The notes below the pieces were generated by a model, which had not been told where the DNA came from, did not search any database, and saw nothing but the letters and a program-made list of their open reading frames with translations. A stretch of DNA of 64,000 bases from Dimorphilus gyrociliatus (lineage: Eukaryota > Animalia > Annelida). A program made the position numbers and the translations under genes. Location: assembly GCA_904063045.1 (NCBI GenBank), contig CAJFCJ010000015.1:124001-188000 (forward strand), in the 5' to 3' direction. This document shows positions 25,301-40,332 of the stretch, piece by piece (position 1 is the stretch's first letter; each line of letters starts with the position of its first letter).

Positions 25301-28300
25301 ATATAATGAAATTTTGTTGGTGTTGGTAGTAATGACGCAAGAATATTCCTAAATTTTAAATTAAAACAATTACCAGTTAACGTATTTTCTAATTATTAAT
25401 ATTGTTATAATTACTTATATAAATTAATTGACATGGTTGTAATTTTAGAGGAAGAATTTTGAATATCTTTTGAAAATCCTTCAAGATGACCATTCAAAAT
25501 TGATGAATAAATATGAAAGAGAGACGAATCGGATGGTAAAGTCATATTTATCACTGAGAATCTTGATAAAAATCTTGAATTTATTTCATTTCTTCCTCCA
25601 CCACTTTTTCCTAAGAATGAAATGAGAGAGAGCTGTTGAATTTATAATGCCTTTTTAACTTTTAAATTACCCTACCCATAGCGGCTATAAAGTCGATATC
25701 TTTAAGGTGTATCCAGTGAGAGTCATTACCTCTTCCATAATAGCCCTCTTCGTCGAACAATAACCTCAAGAAGGCAATAGGTTCTTGAGTACCGTAATTA
25801 TCTACAAGAGGTATATTCATATCATCAATAAATACTACTAAACTTTTGCCTAAAGTTGGTCCTAATGTATTTTTAGTTCTTTTCTCTGTATTTGCTTCTA
25901 AATTTTTTTGAATTTCGTATGATGTTGTACTACTGGAAAAGTTCATAGTCAAAGGCGTCTAATTTTGAAATATATATATATAATTTTATTAATCACAAAG
26001 TAGGTTAGTGAGATAAGAAATAAAATAAAAGAAACATTACGTATCGTTCATTGTCAAGCGATCTCAGAAAATCTGAAATTGTTGCTGTTTTACAACTACC
26101 AGTTTCTCCAACAAATAATAAACGGCGATTAGTTCTTAAATGAATATTTAAAAGCCAATCTGCTCTTTCTGTATCAATCGTTGGCACTAATATTTCTTTG
26201 AATTTTTTACCAGGTAACCATGAAAATTTTTTAACTTTATTAATCCACGGAATCCATAATCGACTACTATAATCGAAATAATAATCGTATAGAGTCTTTT
26301 CAGCTTTTGGTATGTAACCTACAAATAATCATTTCTTTTTTTGTTGTATAATGACCAATAGTTACTTTAAAACACTATACAAACCAGGGATTACTTCAAT
26401 GGGATTGTCATTTGGGGGTAGATGTGTTAAATGTTTAACGTAATAGTCAAATTTTACTTGATCGTCTTTCATAACGGTGGCACCGAATGACCAATAAATA
26501 GCTTGTAAAAAGATGGCTTCTATAACCATCTCATTTTTTTCTTTAACTTTTAAAAGTGATGAGAGAAGGTAACATAGTTGATCCATCATATTTACGTTGT
26601 CTGTTTTGACTATTGTATTAGGCCTATCACCCATCCTTTCATCTCGCTTTACATCGAAAATGTACGAAATAAGGGGATCTATATATTTATTATATAAATG
26701 TTTTAGAATTTCCTTTTGCTCATCAACGGGTCTTTTATCTAGCCAACTCTGCCAGTAAGGTTTATACCCTAATTGATCAGGCTCTACAAAAACCATTCCA
26801 CACCGTGATACAGTTGCAGGAGAAGCGTATTGCAAGTCACCAACTTCAAATATTAGACTGCACTCTTCTACTAATTTAATTCTTTCTCCATTGGCTAAAG
26901 TCAATAATCTATTATCATCCATAACGGAATTCATATTTTCTATCCAAATGGCATCAACATCACCATCGAATATTATCCAATTTCTATTAACATCTGTACA
27001 AGGTTTATTAGCTTCCCTAAATAACGTTGATAAAAGACCGTCAGTCCACTGGCGACTGCTAGGATCTAAAATTCCATACAGTTCTATAACAGGTCTATCT
27101 TTTGGATTAATCGTACTCAATTTGGTCCTTAATCCTAATCTAGAAAAAAAGAGAGAAAAAACACCAAAATTTCAATTATAATTATCACTTCTCTTTGATA
27201 ATTAATAGTAATTAAATAATTAGAACAAATGTTTGATCTAATACTTTGAATAGGCTCTTGATAAAGTTTTAATTATAACTGATTTTCCACCGTTGGTTGG
27301 TCCAACGATCATTGTTGAATGTCTAATAGAAATCATTTGATGAAATTGTTTAATTTTATCAATTTGATTTGCAACTATTTGAAGATTTTGTTCAATTAAT
27401 GATTCAGTAATTGCTTTATCAAGTTGGTCATCTTTGAATGATGGACTTTCCAAACCGGGAAATAAATCTGATAATAGACCATTGAACAATTCAATATCTT
27501 GATTAATTAATTTTGGTAAGTTTATATCACGAAGAGATTTCATTAATACTAATTCTTCTGTTAGTCTATTCTGATATTTTCTCTTTAATTTTCCAGCACT
27601 TAAAAGTGCAACTTTAATAGATCTTAATCCAAAGTCGTAATGATGCTGTTTGGATAGCTGTTCACGTGACATATCATAAAGAACAACTAATTTCCAAGCC
27701 AATTGTTTGGCTTTATGAAATCCTTGTGAAAACAATAGAATTTGACAGATTTGCTGAATATCAGGTTGCATAACAACAACGGGACGGAAAAGTGCTTTCA
27801 AAGATTCTGGCAATTCTGTCCTACCACTATAACATGGATTCATTGTTACGAAAATTCCCATGTTCTTTCTAAGCATAATCTCATAACCTTCAAACTATAT
27901 TCATAGATTTTTATGATAATTAATATTGTATAATACGAAATTATGAACATATAACTTACAAAAAACTGCTTTAAATTCATAATTGATGCTTGCCTAATTA
28001 CAGTTAATTGAGTTGAAATGACAGATAGTACTGAGATATTAATTCTATTAAATTCATCAAAACAACCCCAACATCCGCATTGACATAACCCTGATAAGAG
28101 TTTTCCTATTGATTTAAAATCTAAACCTTCACTACAGTTAGTCACTATACATAATAGACCTAGTGCTCTAGCTAAATCTTTAACAGTTTCAGTCTTACCA
28201 GTACCAGCTGGACCGAATGGAGCTTAAAAAATTTAAAACTTTTAAGATTTGTACGGCTCAGTTATGGAAATACTTTACCTCCTCCTAGGTGCATTGATAA

Positions 28301-31300
28301 AGCCTGAGTAAAGGTTAGATAGATTCGATCGGTTAGAGGAGTAATAACTAAACGGCCTGCCAATCCAAAATATTCATAACCGTATTGAAATGATCCAGTA
28401 CACTGATTAACTATTAAATTATCCGTATTCTTATCCCAATAGAATCTTAATTGACTTTCCCATTCAAATTCATCTCCACTCACTATATTATCCCTTATCA
28501 AAGAATTTACTATATCCCTTGAATGAATATCAACGATAATAAGACAATTTAGCTTTTTTCTGTTATTTTCCGGTATGGATTCAAGAATTCTTTGAACTAG
28601 ATCATTAATTTCAGTCTCTAATTTATTTAGATAAGATTTCATAGCATTTTTATTTGATTGTAATTTAGTAAAAGTATCTTCGATTTCCCAAGTTCTCCAT
28701 ACTTGAGATGCGGCTAAACATATAGCACCTTGGTATTCGTTTATCCAATCAATTCTTACCTTACTACAGCAATAATTAAATATAGCTAATTTTATTAATT
28801 TATGGTTTGTAGTCTTCATTTCCTCAATCAAATCATTCATCCAATCTTCTATAGGTCTCTGACTACTAATTGAATTGTTTAATATCAACTCTTCTTCATC
28901 GCCGGATAGCATAGACTTTACAAAACTTTGATCAAAAGATAAAGAGGAGACATTATCAAAAACTTTTGAAACATGTTCCAAAATTGAATTTGGTTGAACT
29001 CCACCCAAAATAGATAATAATTCATTATCGGATAAGAAATAAAATCTTGGAAAAGTTTGCCTCTTAATATCTAAATAATCATTTAAATATCTTTGGCAAG
29101 TATCAAAAGCCTTATCTAAATTAACGAGGATATCCATTCTACCAGGTAATAAGCAAGAATTCTTAGCATTTGAATCTTTTCTAGTAGTTTTCATTATTTC
29201 GTGGAAAATATTGGAATGTTTATCAAATTTTGAAGCTTCATTGGGTATTTGTCGGCGAATATCTTTCGTACAGAATATAGCTTCAAGATGAAGCCATTTT
29301 TTTTGAACAACCAGCCAAATCTATTAAAAAAAAATACTATTAAAATAATAAAACTCCATAATAAAATAGATATTTCTACATCGAGAACTTCGGAAATTTG
29401 CATAAGAACTTTCTCTAATTCGTTTATACTTCGTAGAAAAGGTCTAACGAATTTCGAAGATGATATACTTTGAAGATTTATCGATTGTTCTTCTAAAAGA
29501 TTGATAGTATCTTCAATTGAATTAAATATATAATATTTATCTCCTTTTTTCGATCTTTTATATTCGATAATATTTAATTTTAAATTATTTAATAATTCTT
29601 CAATAGATTTAATACTTTTTTCAATATTTTGTTCTCTAATTGCCCCATTTACTAAATCGTATATTTCACTTTTGATATTATGAATATTCATATCAAAGAT
29701 ATTTTTTAAACAGAAACAATCTGGTGAAATGTTAAAATTTTCACCAGTTTTCTCCATTAAAATTAACCAATGCCTTTCTCTTATAGTTTCATTCTTTAAT
29801 TCTTTAAATAATGGTATTAATTCTTTATAATCATCTAATAACTTTAATAATTTTCTACTAGGATTTAATTGTTTAATATTTTCTGATAATTGTTTAAACT
29901 TTTTTATAATATTGAATAAATTGTCCGAAAATGATTGTAAATTTAAATCAATCCATAGAATTTTTGACCAAATTTCGTCGAGTCTTTTTAATTCAATATA
30001 TAAATGAAATATTTTTAATAAATTTCCAATTTTTTTCTCTAAATTTATTAAAATTTGAAAATTTGATATTTTTAAATCAAATAATTTCTCTTCCTTTACA
30101 ATTTCTAATTTTCTCTTTTCTAAATCATCAAATTCCTTCTTATAAATATTCAATAGATTAAGGCCTAATTTGTATTTTGAATATGATTATAAAAATGGAT
30201 ATAATAATGTAATAGAGTGAATATTGAAAAGAAAACCTTCGTCTAGATTGTATTGAATAGAATTTGGTCCTTTTCTATCGAATTTTATTGTAAAGCTATG
30301 AACTTCTACCAAGAATTTTCTCGTTCTTTCTCTCGTTATTTTACGAAATTTATATTTAACAGTAATCATTTTTCTATTTATCCCTTTTGAATGTTCTAAT
30401 AATTCTTCCCAACTCTTGTCTAATTGATTGATTAGATAATCTTCTAACGGCGTCAACTAAAGAAATTATTATAATCGTTTAGATAAGATTAAATAATAAT
30501 AAACAACCTCTACTTGAATTAATTGATAAGATTTTAGCATTCTATATTTTTCTTGCGTTATCTTGATGATTGCTAATTGATCGGAGAATGATGATTGGAT
30601 ATTAGAGATTATATTTAAGATAAACATAACTTTTTCTGTGCTTATAGGTTTTTCTTCTAGATGTATATATTTAATCTAAATCAATAATTCTATACAAATG
30701 ATATGTTAACGAAATCAATTCATTCTCTTTACTTACACATATCATTTCATAGATATTTTTCATTTCATCTTTAGCTTGTTGATAGAGGGCATTACTATAT
30801 AACTTTAACCATAGTCGACAGTGGTGAATAACAGAGTTTGTTAACGGAGTTATCAATAATCGAATACAGCCAATATCTCTTTGTTTTGGTAAAATACATA
30901 AGTCGTTTATCATTGATTGATAGGATAATAATTTTTCATCAAATTGAACAAATCGTGGACATTTTGATATCCAAAGCTCAAATACTGTTTCTTTATCAGT
31001 TCTCCAAAGTGTACGCCATTTGCGCCACCTACGGATATACTCTTGAATGTCTATAAGATAATTGCGAATAACGCAGTGTATAAGATTTGCTAATTCATTA
31101 ATGTTATTATCATTAATTATATCGTCATAATAGCTGAATATGAACTCCTCTTCAACATTTTCAAGCTTTTGGGGTGGGCATTCCAAGCAACTTCCGTGCT
31201 GCCACCTACATTTTAAATCATTATCTGATTACATTTAAACAAAAAAAATATCACCTTATGTAGCCTCTAGTACCATCCAAAATTGATATAACGAACTGTC

Positions 31301-34300
31301 TAACCTCTTTATAAAGTTCGGCCGCGGTTGGACTTAAAACCACATCAGATCCAGTTAATATTGCTCTTAAACTAAACTTTGGCTCTTTTAAAGCGATGAT
31401 TAATCGTTTTAAATTTTGACAAATATTGTTCCTAACTGCTCTATAAAGCTTTCTTTCCAATATTCTATAATATTCTTTCATTTCCGGTCGACGTCCCGTA
31501 TTAGTTCGAAAGATGACGCTTTCTAATTTGATTAATTGTTGACTAATAGACAAATATTTTCTATTAAGAATTTCGTATTGATCGTCTAATTGTTTCTTTA
31601 CAAATAAGAAATAATTTCTACTAGTAAGATCATTAGGATCACCAAAATATAAATTAGGACAGAGTTTAACAGTTTCAAGAATGTTTACTTTTGTCGAAAT
31701 ATTGTCAACAATTTTTAGAACTTGCTGACCTATTGATTCGAATTGTTCAATTGCCTAGAAAACGGAGATGTCTGATAAGAATCTATCTAAAGTTTTAATT
31801 AAAATCCCTTAATAGACCTTTCTGCAAGATAAAATAAACTCCTCAACTCCCAATGAACACCAATTAAGTCGTTTCAAACCTGGTTTAAATACGTTTCTTA
31901 ATTGATTGATATGGTTCGCTAATAAAAGTTTTTCATCATCGTCTAATCGATCTGTTATCTCTTTTAGACGATCTATTACAGATTTCATGGCATCTACTTT
32001 CTTAAGATAATGAGTTTCCTTTAAAAGATACAAGAGAAAATCAATTGATAAGCTAAATACGACTATTTTATATAGAATTAATAACCTGTAGAGCTAAACT
32101 TCTAAGTAATTCTGGTATTTTAAAACCCATTAATTCTAATTGTTTAATTTCAACAATTAACTCCTTCAGGGCAGGGTCAAATTCAACGTTAAAATTAACT
32201 TCAAAAGTAGCTTCTAAAAACGTATTTAACACTCTTATTAAAATATATATCTATCAAAGAGTAAATCATCATTTACTGATATCATCATCTTGTATATAAA
32301 TGGTATGCTTTGGAGAAGATAAGATACTCTGTCGCATTAAGTTTATTATAATATTTTCAGAGTTATCTTTCCATTGTTCATAAATCTCATCTTCAAAAGA
32401 TTTTAATTGCTTTGCAACTGTTAGATACTTTTGTTTCATCTATATTTAAATATAATATATAATAAATGAAAATATTAAAATCATCATTTCTTACTAATTT
32501 TAATAAATCCGAATTTGATAAATTATCCATTGATAAAAACTTTAACATAGTTCTCTTTATCTTACGAAAGAGTAATCTTTCCCAAAATATAATTCCAGAT
32601 GTATTAGTCATATCCTTAATCTTTGGAGGTGTATTTTTCTTCCTATGGAATATCTTTTCAATTTCATCAATCTCTTTACCATATTGAATAATTATGTCAG
32701 TCATTTTCTCTTTCATTTTTTCATTTATACTTCTTCTTGATCTAATACATTCAAATTTTATTAAAAGATCAAAAGCAGCTTCGGCTGATCTCAAATTTTT
32801 AAATGAATAATCAACCAAACTTTTGGTATCAATTTCAATAGCATCAACCTCAAAATGGAACCAATTTTTTAGCTGTTTCCATTTATTCTTATATTTCGAA
32901 TCAAAGAAATTAAAATCCAACTAAAACAATCAGAATTGAGAATAATTACAAAATTAAACGTCTTTTCTTGTATATATTGTAAATTAAATAGTATAATACC
33001 TCTTGTAATGGTTGAATTAGCCTTTTAACCTTATTTAAACCATTATCTATTCCTTTAGTATTTCCTGTAAGAGCTTTAAGCTCTGGTCCAAATATATTAT
33101 TAAACTCTTGAATAGTTTGGGCGAAATCGAATAAATCTTGGCAAATTCTCGACATATAGTCTGTCTTCTCGAACAACTTTTTTCTGTCAAATTCCCATCT
33201 TGATTCTCTATTCGACTCTTCAATTAACGCTCTAACTTCAAAATACGATTCTTTCCATGTAGTAAAGATATCTCTTGCTTGACTTGTCTTATTGAGAATA
33301 GTTTCAACTGGTTCGCTATTAATATTATGAATTTTTATTAATTAAATTATAATTATCATTATGTAGGCTAATTAAAATTTAACTTGAAAAGGGTTTTATA
33401 GTTAATAGATATTTCAACCCTTTCTATCAATTGCCATGCTATTTTCTCGAGGAGAGGTATCATTCTCTTTTCTTGATTATAATGTCTAGAAATAATCCAT
33501 ATCATTCTCAAAGTGTTCAACATCGAAGGTATCGTATAGGAAATAATGTAGAAATTTGAATGGGCTAAATTCTTAAAATGCCTATCTAGAGTAGACAAAA
33601 AGCGGACATTGTCCTTAGCTTCCGTATAAAATTTCGATAATTCCTCCTTTATAGTGCCAATAGTTTTATCTTTATAGTTGAGAATAGTTAATATATTTTT
33701 AACGTCTTGAACGTTTAATTGTTCATGAAGATTGTTTAAAGCGGAATATCTTTCTCGCCAGTATTCAATTTCAGCCATAGGGGATGGATTACTAGCGGTT
33801 TTTGGCATATCGTCAAGAGCCTTTTGTAACAACATTTTCCATTGTCTACCTAAATCAACAATTTTTTTCAAAAGTTCGCGATTTTCAAGATTCTCTTCAA
33901 GATTTTCGGATAGGAAAAGATTTTGAGGAATTTTGAAAAGAACTTCCGACTCTAGTTGACTAACTGTCCTCGAAATAGTATCAAGAAATCTCGAGACAAG
34001 TAAAGGTAAGTCGTCATATTCGTTATCTTGTTCAGAATGATCGGAATGTGATAAATTTTCACTCTTAAATGAGTAAAATTTCCTAGAAGCTCTTTTCATT
34101 TTCATTAAAGGATCATAAATCTATATTTTAGACAAGAAATTACTTTATTTTAGTAGATCATAATTAAATGATTAATAACTTGTTCAATAACATCGTATAG
34201 CGTATGAATAGGAGCTCTGTTAAGGATTCCAAATTGAATATTATTCAACATTTCAATATTCATTTTAAAACTATCCTCAAATCTTCTGATATCTTTTTGA

Positions 34301-35160
34301 CTATTTTTAAGAAGATAAAAGATGATCTTTTCAGGAAATTCACATTTATTATCATTGTGATAGAGTTGAATATAGGTATTAGTAAAAATCCTAAATTCTT
34401 TCATCTTTTATTTCGTTTATTATTATTAGATAAGAGAGAGAAATGAAAGCAACAAACAAAATAATGTTAACCTCCTTTACAATAGTCTTGAAGTCGGATT
34501 GGTCAAGGCTGGCTTGGCTTCTAGATATCTTATCTTTTACTTTAGACTCTATTATATAGGTTTATTAATCATTATTGTTTGTCTTTTAAGGATTAAAAAA
34601 AAACAAAAATTTACTCCTTAAGGATGTTTCCGAATTATTTGTTCTTGTTGAAGATGACTCGTCAACTTTAGATAAATCCATTTCTACTAGTTCGTAATCT
34701 ATTGTATGATAAAAGAAATTATAATAAGATGAAGTGAGACGGAGAAAGGGATAGGGAAAGATAGATAGAAAGGAGGTGAAGTAATCCTACTATATTCTAC
34801 AGAAACTTCCTCTTCTTCATCTATAACATCTTTATAAAAGAATAAACTTTGCAAATTTTCTATCGAACTATTCAAAAATGACATAAGAATATTTTCATTC
34901 TTTCCATCATTCCTATTTAGAAATTCTGCAAAGATTTCACCATTATTATCTTTAATGTCGAGACTTTGATATATTCTATCTTTAATCCATGTAATACGTT
35001 CGTCATTAAATCTTTGAAAGATAGATGCACGACGATAAATTCGTTCCTGAGGAAAAAAGATTAGTGCGTATAAATCCTTTAATGTATTAAAAATATAATA
35101 TAAATAATAATAATTTACAGATTTAAGACAAATTCTATTCTTAGGATAATCTTCTTCCAT
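19321..35160 (-). CDS. DNAH10: Axonemal dynein heavy chain 10 (inner-arm I1/f alpha type), complete, about 31 exons
   Basis: N-terminal [22 protein letters not shown] is typical of DNAH10. P-loops: GPAGTGKT (AAA1, Walker B FDEFNR), [16 protein letters not shown] and GFEGSGRR. Stalk/MTBD present; last exon 19443-19321 reads [23 protein letters not shown]. Every junction traced was GT-AG and in phase, with no frameshift seen. Confidence 0.93.
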
Positions 35161-36056
35161 AACAAAAAGCTAATTATAATTTTTTGTTTACTCAAATAGA
35201 CAAAAGTAGAAAATAAATAGATTTTGAACATTTTTAAATAGTTTTATAAAGTATAAATGACAGTATTTCTTAGAAATTCTTTATTTTAACAATTAAATAA
35301 ATAGGTTAATAAGAAAAAATATTATCTATTTAAAAAAATAAACCAATTAACTTCCTCCTTTCTTCAAATTTTATTAATTTAAATACTATTCCAATTAAAT
35401 ATTATATTTACCTTTTCACCTATTTATGAGTAAATATATAAGTTTATTAATAATATAATTATTGTAGTTTCTATCAAAATGAATATTAATCTAACTAATT
35501 TGCATAATTTATTACTTTATATCTATTACGTAACTACCATTTTTTTTCACTTTACTTTGTAGTTTTCTTTTATTTTTCTCAAATGTAAATACTTCGGGTT
35601 TTAAATGTAAAAAAAAAAGAAAAAAAACAAAGAGAAAAAGATAGGAAAACAAGATTCTATTAGCTAATAGGCCTAAATAGAAAACTAAAACTTTATAAAT
35701 TTAACATCTGTCAGAATTGGAGATTATTCTAACTGTAGCCGTTATGTTTCGTAAGAATAAAAGGTTAATTATGGTCTGTAGTCGTCTGCATATATTATCC
35801 GTATGTCTATTGATGTAAGAGTTGAAATAACATAAATACTATATACTAATATAGAGTATATAGTACATCATATTAGCATATATATTATTTAAATTATTAT
35901 ATCCATTTTGTTATTACTTTCCCCTTTTTTTCTTTATATTTTCACAGATATTCTTAGTAAATACATATTTCTACAATAATATATAATACATCTAACTCTA
36001 CGATTTGTATTTATTTACTTGGTAGAGAGAGCTACAAAGAGTAAATTTCTTCCTTT

Positions 36057-37392
36057 ATGGTCGTTTGGATAATACGAAATAAAAGAAATATGGATAATAA
36101 ATATAATGAAAACTGCTTATTAAACGTTATGAATGATGGATTATTAAAAATTGAAAATGATAGAAGGGATACTATTGAATCGCTGGAATATAATTTAAGT
36201 AGTTTAATAGTAAAATTATACGAAGATAAGAATAAATTACGTCAACAAATTGACGAATATTACAAGAGTAAGACGATTAAACTAAGGGAATTCGTCAGCT
36301 ATTTCGAAGAAATTAAAACGAAAGGAGGAAAAGAAATTATATATAAAGTACTTGACGAAATCATGAATTTATTAGAGACTACGATGGTATTTTCTCTAAA
36401 GGACACAACATTTGAATTTGGTAGTCTAGTTTATTCTTCTCGTACTAGTGACATGATTAGCGTAAAGAGAAAAGTTTACGCTCTTACTTGTTCAATGGAT
36501 TCTATATTTTATCTTACTCGAAAGAAATACTTTAAAAATTATAAATTTAAAATAAAAGAATATAATCTAAAAACTGGTAGTCACGTTGAGAGATCTATGT
36601 GGAGGATGGAAAGATATGTTGAATATTCCTTATGTTCAAGTAAGAATATCTACTTAATGGAGCATGGCTATACTGACTTGAAAATAATTCAAAGCTCTAT
36701 AACTAGTAAACAAATACCTATGATATTTGGAAACAGAACAAATGGTACTTGCGTATACAATCGGATGACGTCATTTAAAGATGGTATGTATGTTATATTA
36801 GTTATAATATCATTCACCCATTGATATAATAGATAATATATAATCCATTTGTAATATGATTAAAACATGTTCTTCTTTTCTTTCCTCTTTTTCAGGTATT
36901 TTAGTGTATTTTGTTAGGAATATCAGGAAAAAAGAAGTTCTAAAGGTATCCGATCCTTTTGGAGTAATTTGGAGAACCGAAATACCAATTATTATCGATG
37001 ATAAGTGGAATTTAAAGGCCACCGATAAGCATCTCTTCCTATTCGATTCTTTAGGCTCAATTATGATAATGGATTTAATTTCAGGATCCTTATTCAAAAC
37101 CATTCATTCTACTAACTCGAGCCCTGCGCACGATTATCGTTTCATTGATTACTTGCCATTAACTAGGCAATTTTACTGTCTATTAATTAACGATAATTTC
37201 GTTACTGTAGTAGGTGAAATTGACCGAGACAGCGAAGAGAAAAGTATACCTATTTTGCATTACGGAAGCTTATCACGTGACCATCGCGTAGTAGATTATA
37301 TACCTTTGACAGTTGGTATCAAATTGTTTACTTTAAATGAGAATTCAAAAATTATTAGCTTTCGTACTATTTTCACAAAGAATCATCGTTAA
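36057..37392 (+). CDS. Coiled-coil plus beta-propeller protein, TRIM/NHL-like paralog A (no zinc finger found; start may be 36090). Intron 36784-36895
   Basis: Two ORFs joined by a phase-1 GT-AG intron (gat g|gtatgt..ttttcag|gt). Shares ALT..S..YLT, NY.(Y/F)KI.EY, KNIY, SDPF..W, DL.SG and G.KL..L with the two downstream ORFs. Confidence 0.75.
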
Positions 37393-38207
37393 ACTTGAGC
37401 GCTTTGTCCAATAAATTGTTCCAGAGTATAACTTCAACGTACAAAAGCAACATACTAGACTTGCTGTATATATTTAGATCAAGTACTTATGTAAATAAAT
37501 TACAATAGGCCGAAGTATCTTGTAGTAAAAAGTTAAACACTATTATTACAAGGAAAAACAAAAGGAAAGGATATAAATCTATAAAAAGACTTACTATAGA
37601 TGTAAAGAACTGTATATACTAAACAAGAACCGGAAAAGACCAAAGTTCATTTCATTTTATTTGATGCAGTGTTTTTACTTAAATGTAAAATCATCTTAAT
37701 TTTGTGTTATTTTAATAAACTATTTGTTTATTTATTTCTATTAAAGTTAAATATAAACAAAAAGTAGTTAGTTTTGATAGTTTGTTAAAAGTTCAATGAA
37801 CTTTTAAGATCTTCAACTTTATATAATATCTCTGCTTTTTCAAAAAACGACTCCCTAGTATTACGTCATCAAGTATAAATGTATACTGTGTATAAATTAT
37901 ATATATTAACATATGTAACTTTTACACAGTACTCTACATTAACTTTTCAATACTGAAACTTTCTAATTAGTAAACACTACTCATTAAAACTGGTAGTATT
38001 TAACTTTTCCTTACCCCATTACTTCCACTCACACAACAACTATCTATACAGCATAGCTTTGCCTCTATCTCTAGAAATTCCTTCTTTTTATCTAAATAAT
38101 AAGCTAAGAAAAAGTTAGTGAAAGACTTTTTCTTGTTTTTTACTTTTTTTTATACATAGATAGATAAATATTGTTTTAAGAGGAAGGAAAGGGATAATTG
38201 GAGAGGT

Positions 38208-39782
38208 ATGAATCCTTCTTGCAAATTTTGCAATGCTTTTTGGTGGGAGAAGAAATTGTATTGTCTTCCTTGCGCAGTTATACATATATATTGCGAAGAA
38301 TGTCTATATAAAATCAGTTTTCAAAGGGAATTAAGAGCTGGAGATAAATTTCATTGTCCAACCTGTTCAGTTGAACATCGATGGCCAATTGAAGGCGTTA
38401 GAGGATTTAGTCGAATACCTTATGATAATATGAATAAAATGCATACTAGTAAGATTTTAATTAATTAATTAATTAATTTTTATTAAAATTTCAACAACAC
38501 AGAAACAGATCGCGAATCAATAAGTTCGTCCGATTCAGTTTTTATGGAAAATACGGAATTAAATGGAAATGGAACTGTTGAATTAGCTGAAGAAAATTAT
38601 CCTGAAAATATTATAACTAGAGCTTTAAAACAAGTAGAGATAAATTGTAAAGAAGTTAGTAATCAAGTTCTAAAAGAGGTTAATTTAATTTTAAACGCCT
38701 TGAATGCTGAACATCAACTACTTCAAAAAGAGATTAATAACTATCGTTCATACACTGAATACGAATTGAAAAGGTTAGCGTTAGAAGGTGGAGAATTCGA
38801 TGTATTGAAAACGTTCAACGATGATGTTTACAAGAAATTTATTGATCGCAAATTATCTAATAGAGTATTAAAGATTCTTGGTAAAAATATGTATTTTAAA
38901 TCTGCAAAAGGAGACGTAAAGATTGGTGAAGTATTAGAAAATACAATAAATGGTAAAGAATTAAGGGAGGAGAGCGAAATTCAAGCGTTAACTACAACTC
39001 CGTCAAGCGTTATTTATCTTACGGAAAAACACGAAAGAAATTACATTTACAAGATTGTCGAATATTCATTTAATAAAAATCTTATGAGATGTCATCTTAT
39101 GTGGAAGACAGCACATAAGAATGGTTATAAATTGGCCGTCGGTAAGAATATTTATGTAATGGATGATAGAACTGGTAGTATCTATCTAATCGATAAAGAT
39201 GCTGTTGAATGCTCCGATCCAGGATTTTTTGCGTCACCATCAAAATCGACGATATCTGTAAGATGTAGCTATTTTACATCGTATCCCGGAGGTGGTGTTA
39301 TAACGTATACAGGATACAATTACGAGGCTAAAATATCCAAATTATCCGATCCATTCGAAGAGGTTTGGACAATTGAATTGGCTCTTACAAATGGTATTGT
39401 CAACGATATGAAAACATGCGCAAATTTCGTTTATATTTTAACATCTAATAGTAAAATCTGTATATTAGATTTAGAAACTGGTAATCTTTTATGGAGAATC
39501 AATTGGATGGGTATGTCGGTACCTGTATACGGTTTTGAAGATTTAAGATTTACGCCCAGTAATAGAACCGTATCTTGCCTTTTAATGGGTGAAAATATAA
39601 CTGTTTTAATAGATCAATTAAAAAATAAAACAAATTCATGGACATTTATGGTCTACGGTAACAATTGCGAAAGTTATAAGATAATTGATTACGTCAAAAT
39701 GGAAATTGGAGTTAAATTATGCCTTTTGGGTAATGATTACAAAACTTTAAGATTTCATACTGCTTGTATTCCACATTTGTAA
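38208..39782 (+). CDS. RING-HC plus coiled-coil plus beta-propeller protein, TRIM-like paralog B. Exons 38208-38448 and 38503-39782
   Basis: Exon 1 has a C3HC4-type RING (CKFC..LPCAVIHIYCEEC..CPTC). A phase-1 intron joins it in frame to the 412-aa ORF. No B-box is visible. Confidence 0.82.
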
Positions 39783-40332
39783 TTATTAATATAGCTATAT
39801 TTATAGTTGTTTTTGTTTTTTCTCTTTTTTTTTTCAATGTTCTTTTCTCATTCTCTTCTTCTTCTGTTCTTCTTTTATCTTTTCTTTTTCTCCGTTTTAT
39901 AAAAATTTTATCATTTCTTTTTATTTGTTTAGATAAATTTAATTAACAAAAATAAAATTTTTGAAATATTATAAATTAAAAACTTTTCATTAATTTACTA
40001 CTCAATTACGTCACTAATTCGCCTTTTAATTGTATATTATATATATACAGTTTATCTATTTAAAGAAAGGAAAAAGGTTGATTAATGTAGGTTAATTATA
40101 GCTATTAAGCAAAAAATACAGCTCTTGTTGAGTATAATCACAGAAAATAGTATAAAAAACAAACAAGTACAGATAAAAAATTCCACGAATACGCTTTATT
40201 AAGTCAAAAGTCTTGGAATCGTTCACTCTGATGGGAATTTGAATACTGTTAACATAGGTAAAAAATCTTGTTACCCTTATAGATATAAATATATAAAAAA
40301 GAAACATTTATATTTTAATAGATCCTATTAAA

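Noticed and set aside
19564-34446. Many short plus-strand ORFs over the dynein gene
   Set aside because: Antisense shadows of DNAH10 exons.
35705-36040. Degenerate RING or micro-exons upstream of paralog A
   Set aside because: Cys/His spacing does not fit, and the candidate 9-nt and 15-nt exons could not be phased into the main ORF.
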